DNA of 60,677 nucleotides, the filler included, from Sphacelaria rigidula (taxonomy: Eukaryota), in the NCBI GenBank assembly GCA_964200075.2. It is 10 parts of 10 records of this genome, joined end to end, with 100 filler letters (N's around TTAATTAATTAA, not from the genome) between each part and the next. Parts side by side here need not be neighbours in the genome. Positions count along the whole stretch, not along the records: positions 54,701 to 60,677 come from CAXNAA020023057.1; 9 more parts are not named here. One strand, written 5' to 3'. This document shows, in pieces, positions 59,775-60,677 of this stretch (the first letter of the stretch is position 1; every line of letters begins with the position of its first letter). The position numbers and the translations under genes are program-made. The notes beneath the pieces are model-generated. The model searched no databases. It was not told the origin of the DNA and saw only the letters and a list, made by a program, of their open reading frames with translations.

Positions 59775-60120
59775 TGGACAATACAATATGTTTCCAGTAT
59801 ATATTTGTCGATCATATTGGAATTTTGCGATATATTGCCGGTGCAATATATATTGGTACCCTTAGACTGCACACGTATTGCGCGCCCAATATATATTGAT
59901 GTCGTGGGACTGCATACATAGTGCCCGCCCAATATATATATATTGGTACCGTGGGGTTGAACACCTATTATCCCATCAACATATATTGGGACAGCGCGGG
60001 CGACAGCATATTACACGATCAATATATGTGTTAGGGTCGCATTGATGGGAACATATTGACCGGTCAATATGTGTTCGGTCTGCGTGGGTGCCAATGTATT
60101 GGTCGGTCAATATATACTGG
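59775..60120. repeat. Degenerate array of CAATATAT/ATATATTG motifs, probably subterminal repeats of a TE
   Basis: Motif recurs about 10 times in both orientations. Confidence 0.55.
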
Positions 60121-60677
60121 GTATTACAAGTATGGTGTACGCTATAACAAAGATCCAGACGCGATGGATGCCGGAGCTCGTGCAGATTGGGAAAAGCTTC
60201 AAAGGGAGTCGCAGAAGTTCGTGTGCACTACTACGGAAAGTTGTCGAATGCGTTCGACACACACACATATTTATATATATATATTATATATATATACTGG
60301 CCAGAAAATATGGTGACAGAAGAAGCGACCCGGTATATATGCCTCCTGATACCTACCTCGCCACCGGTGCGGGACCGCCCATCCCCTTCCCAGCATTAAA
60401 CTAATACATCTTGGCTAAACATCACGATGACAGAGAACGCGGGTCGATATGCGCCTTTTTGTACCCCTGCGGTCACCGGGGCTGAGTTGCTTATACCCTG
60501 GACAATACAGTATGTTCCAATATGATACCAATACTCTGTATTGAAGCCGGCGCAAATATTGTCCTTTCAAAATCTATTGTGTTGAGATGTCCTCGGAGAC
60601 GTTCACGGTTAGGACAAATCAAGATTTATACGAGTCGACTCGCCATGACGCGCAAGCAGTCATGCTGTATAAAACAT

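Overview
Eukaryotic, repeat-rich DNA, most likely from a brown alga (Phaeophyceae). This is inferred from the ankyrin gene family, the Gypsy C-terminal domain, the LINE type and the long TE-filled introns. The window is not one locus. It is ten unrelated scaffolds of 5977-5979 bp, sorted by length and joined by 100-bp N44-TTAATTAATTAA-N44 spacers, so neighbourhood across spacers is meaningless. Host genes: an intronless ankyrin-repeat gene (13527-15134), two exons of a DusA-type tRNA-dihydrouridine synthase, a four-exon 3' gene part encoding an unrecognised R.RG.TVWETPRGVGLTPR repeat, and the last exon of an MFS transporter. Mobile DNA dominates: a decayed RTE-like LINE with nested inserts, a non-autonomous two-LTR Gypsy derivative, a Gypsy RT-RNase H remnant, a Copia gag-protease, tRNA-derived and C-tailed short repeats, and many MITE/foldback elements with visible TSDs. 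The most unusual structure is a gap-free ~300-nt inverted repeat separating an upstream ORF from gag-pol in the Copia element. A 29-bp-period core-plus-variable-spacer array at 7102-7400 also merits a check.
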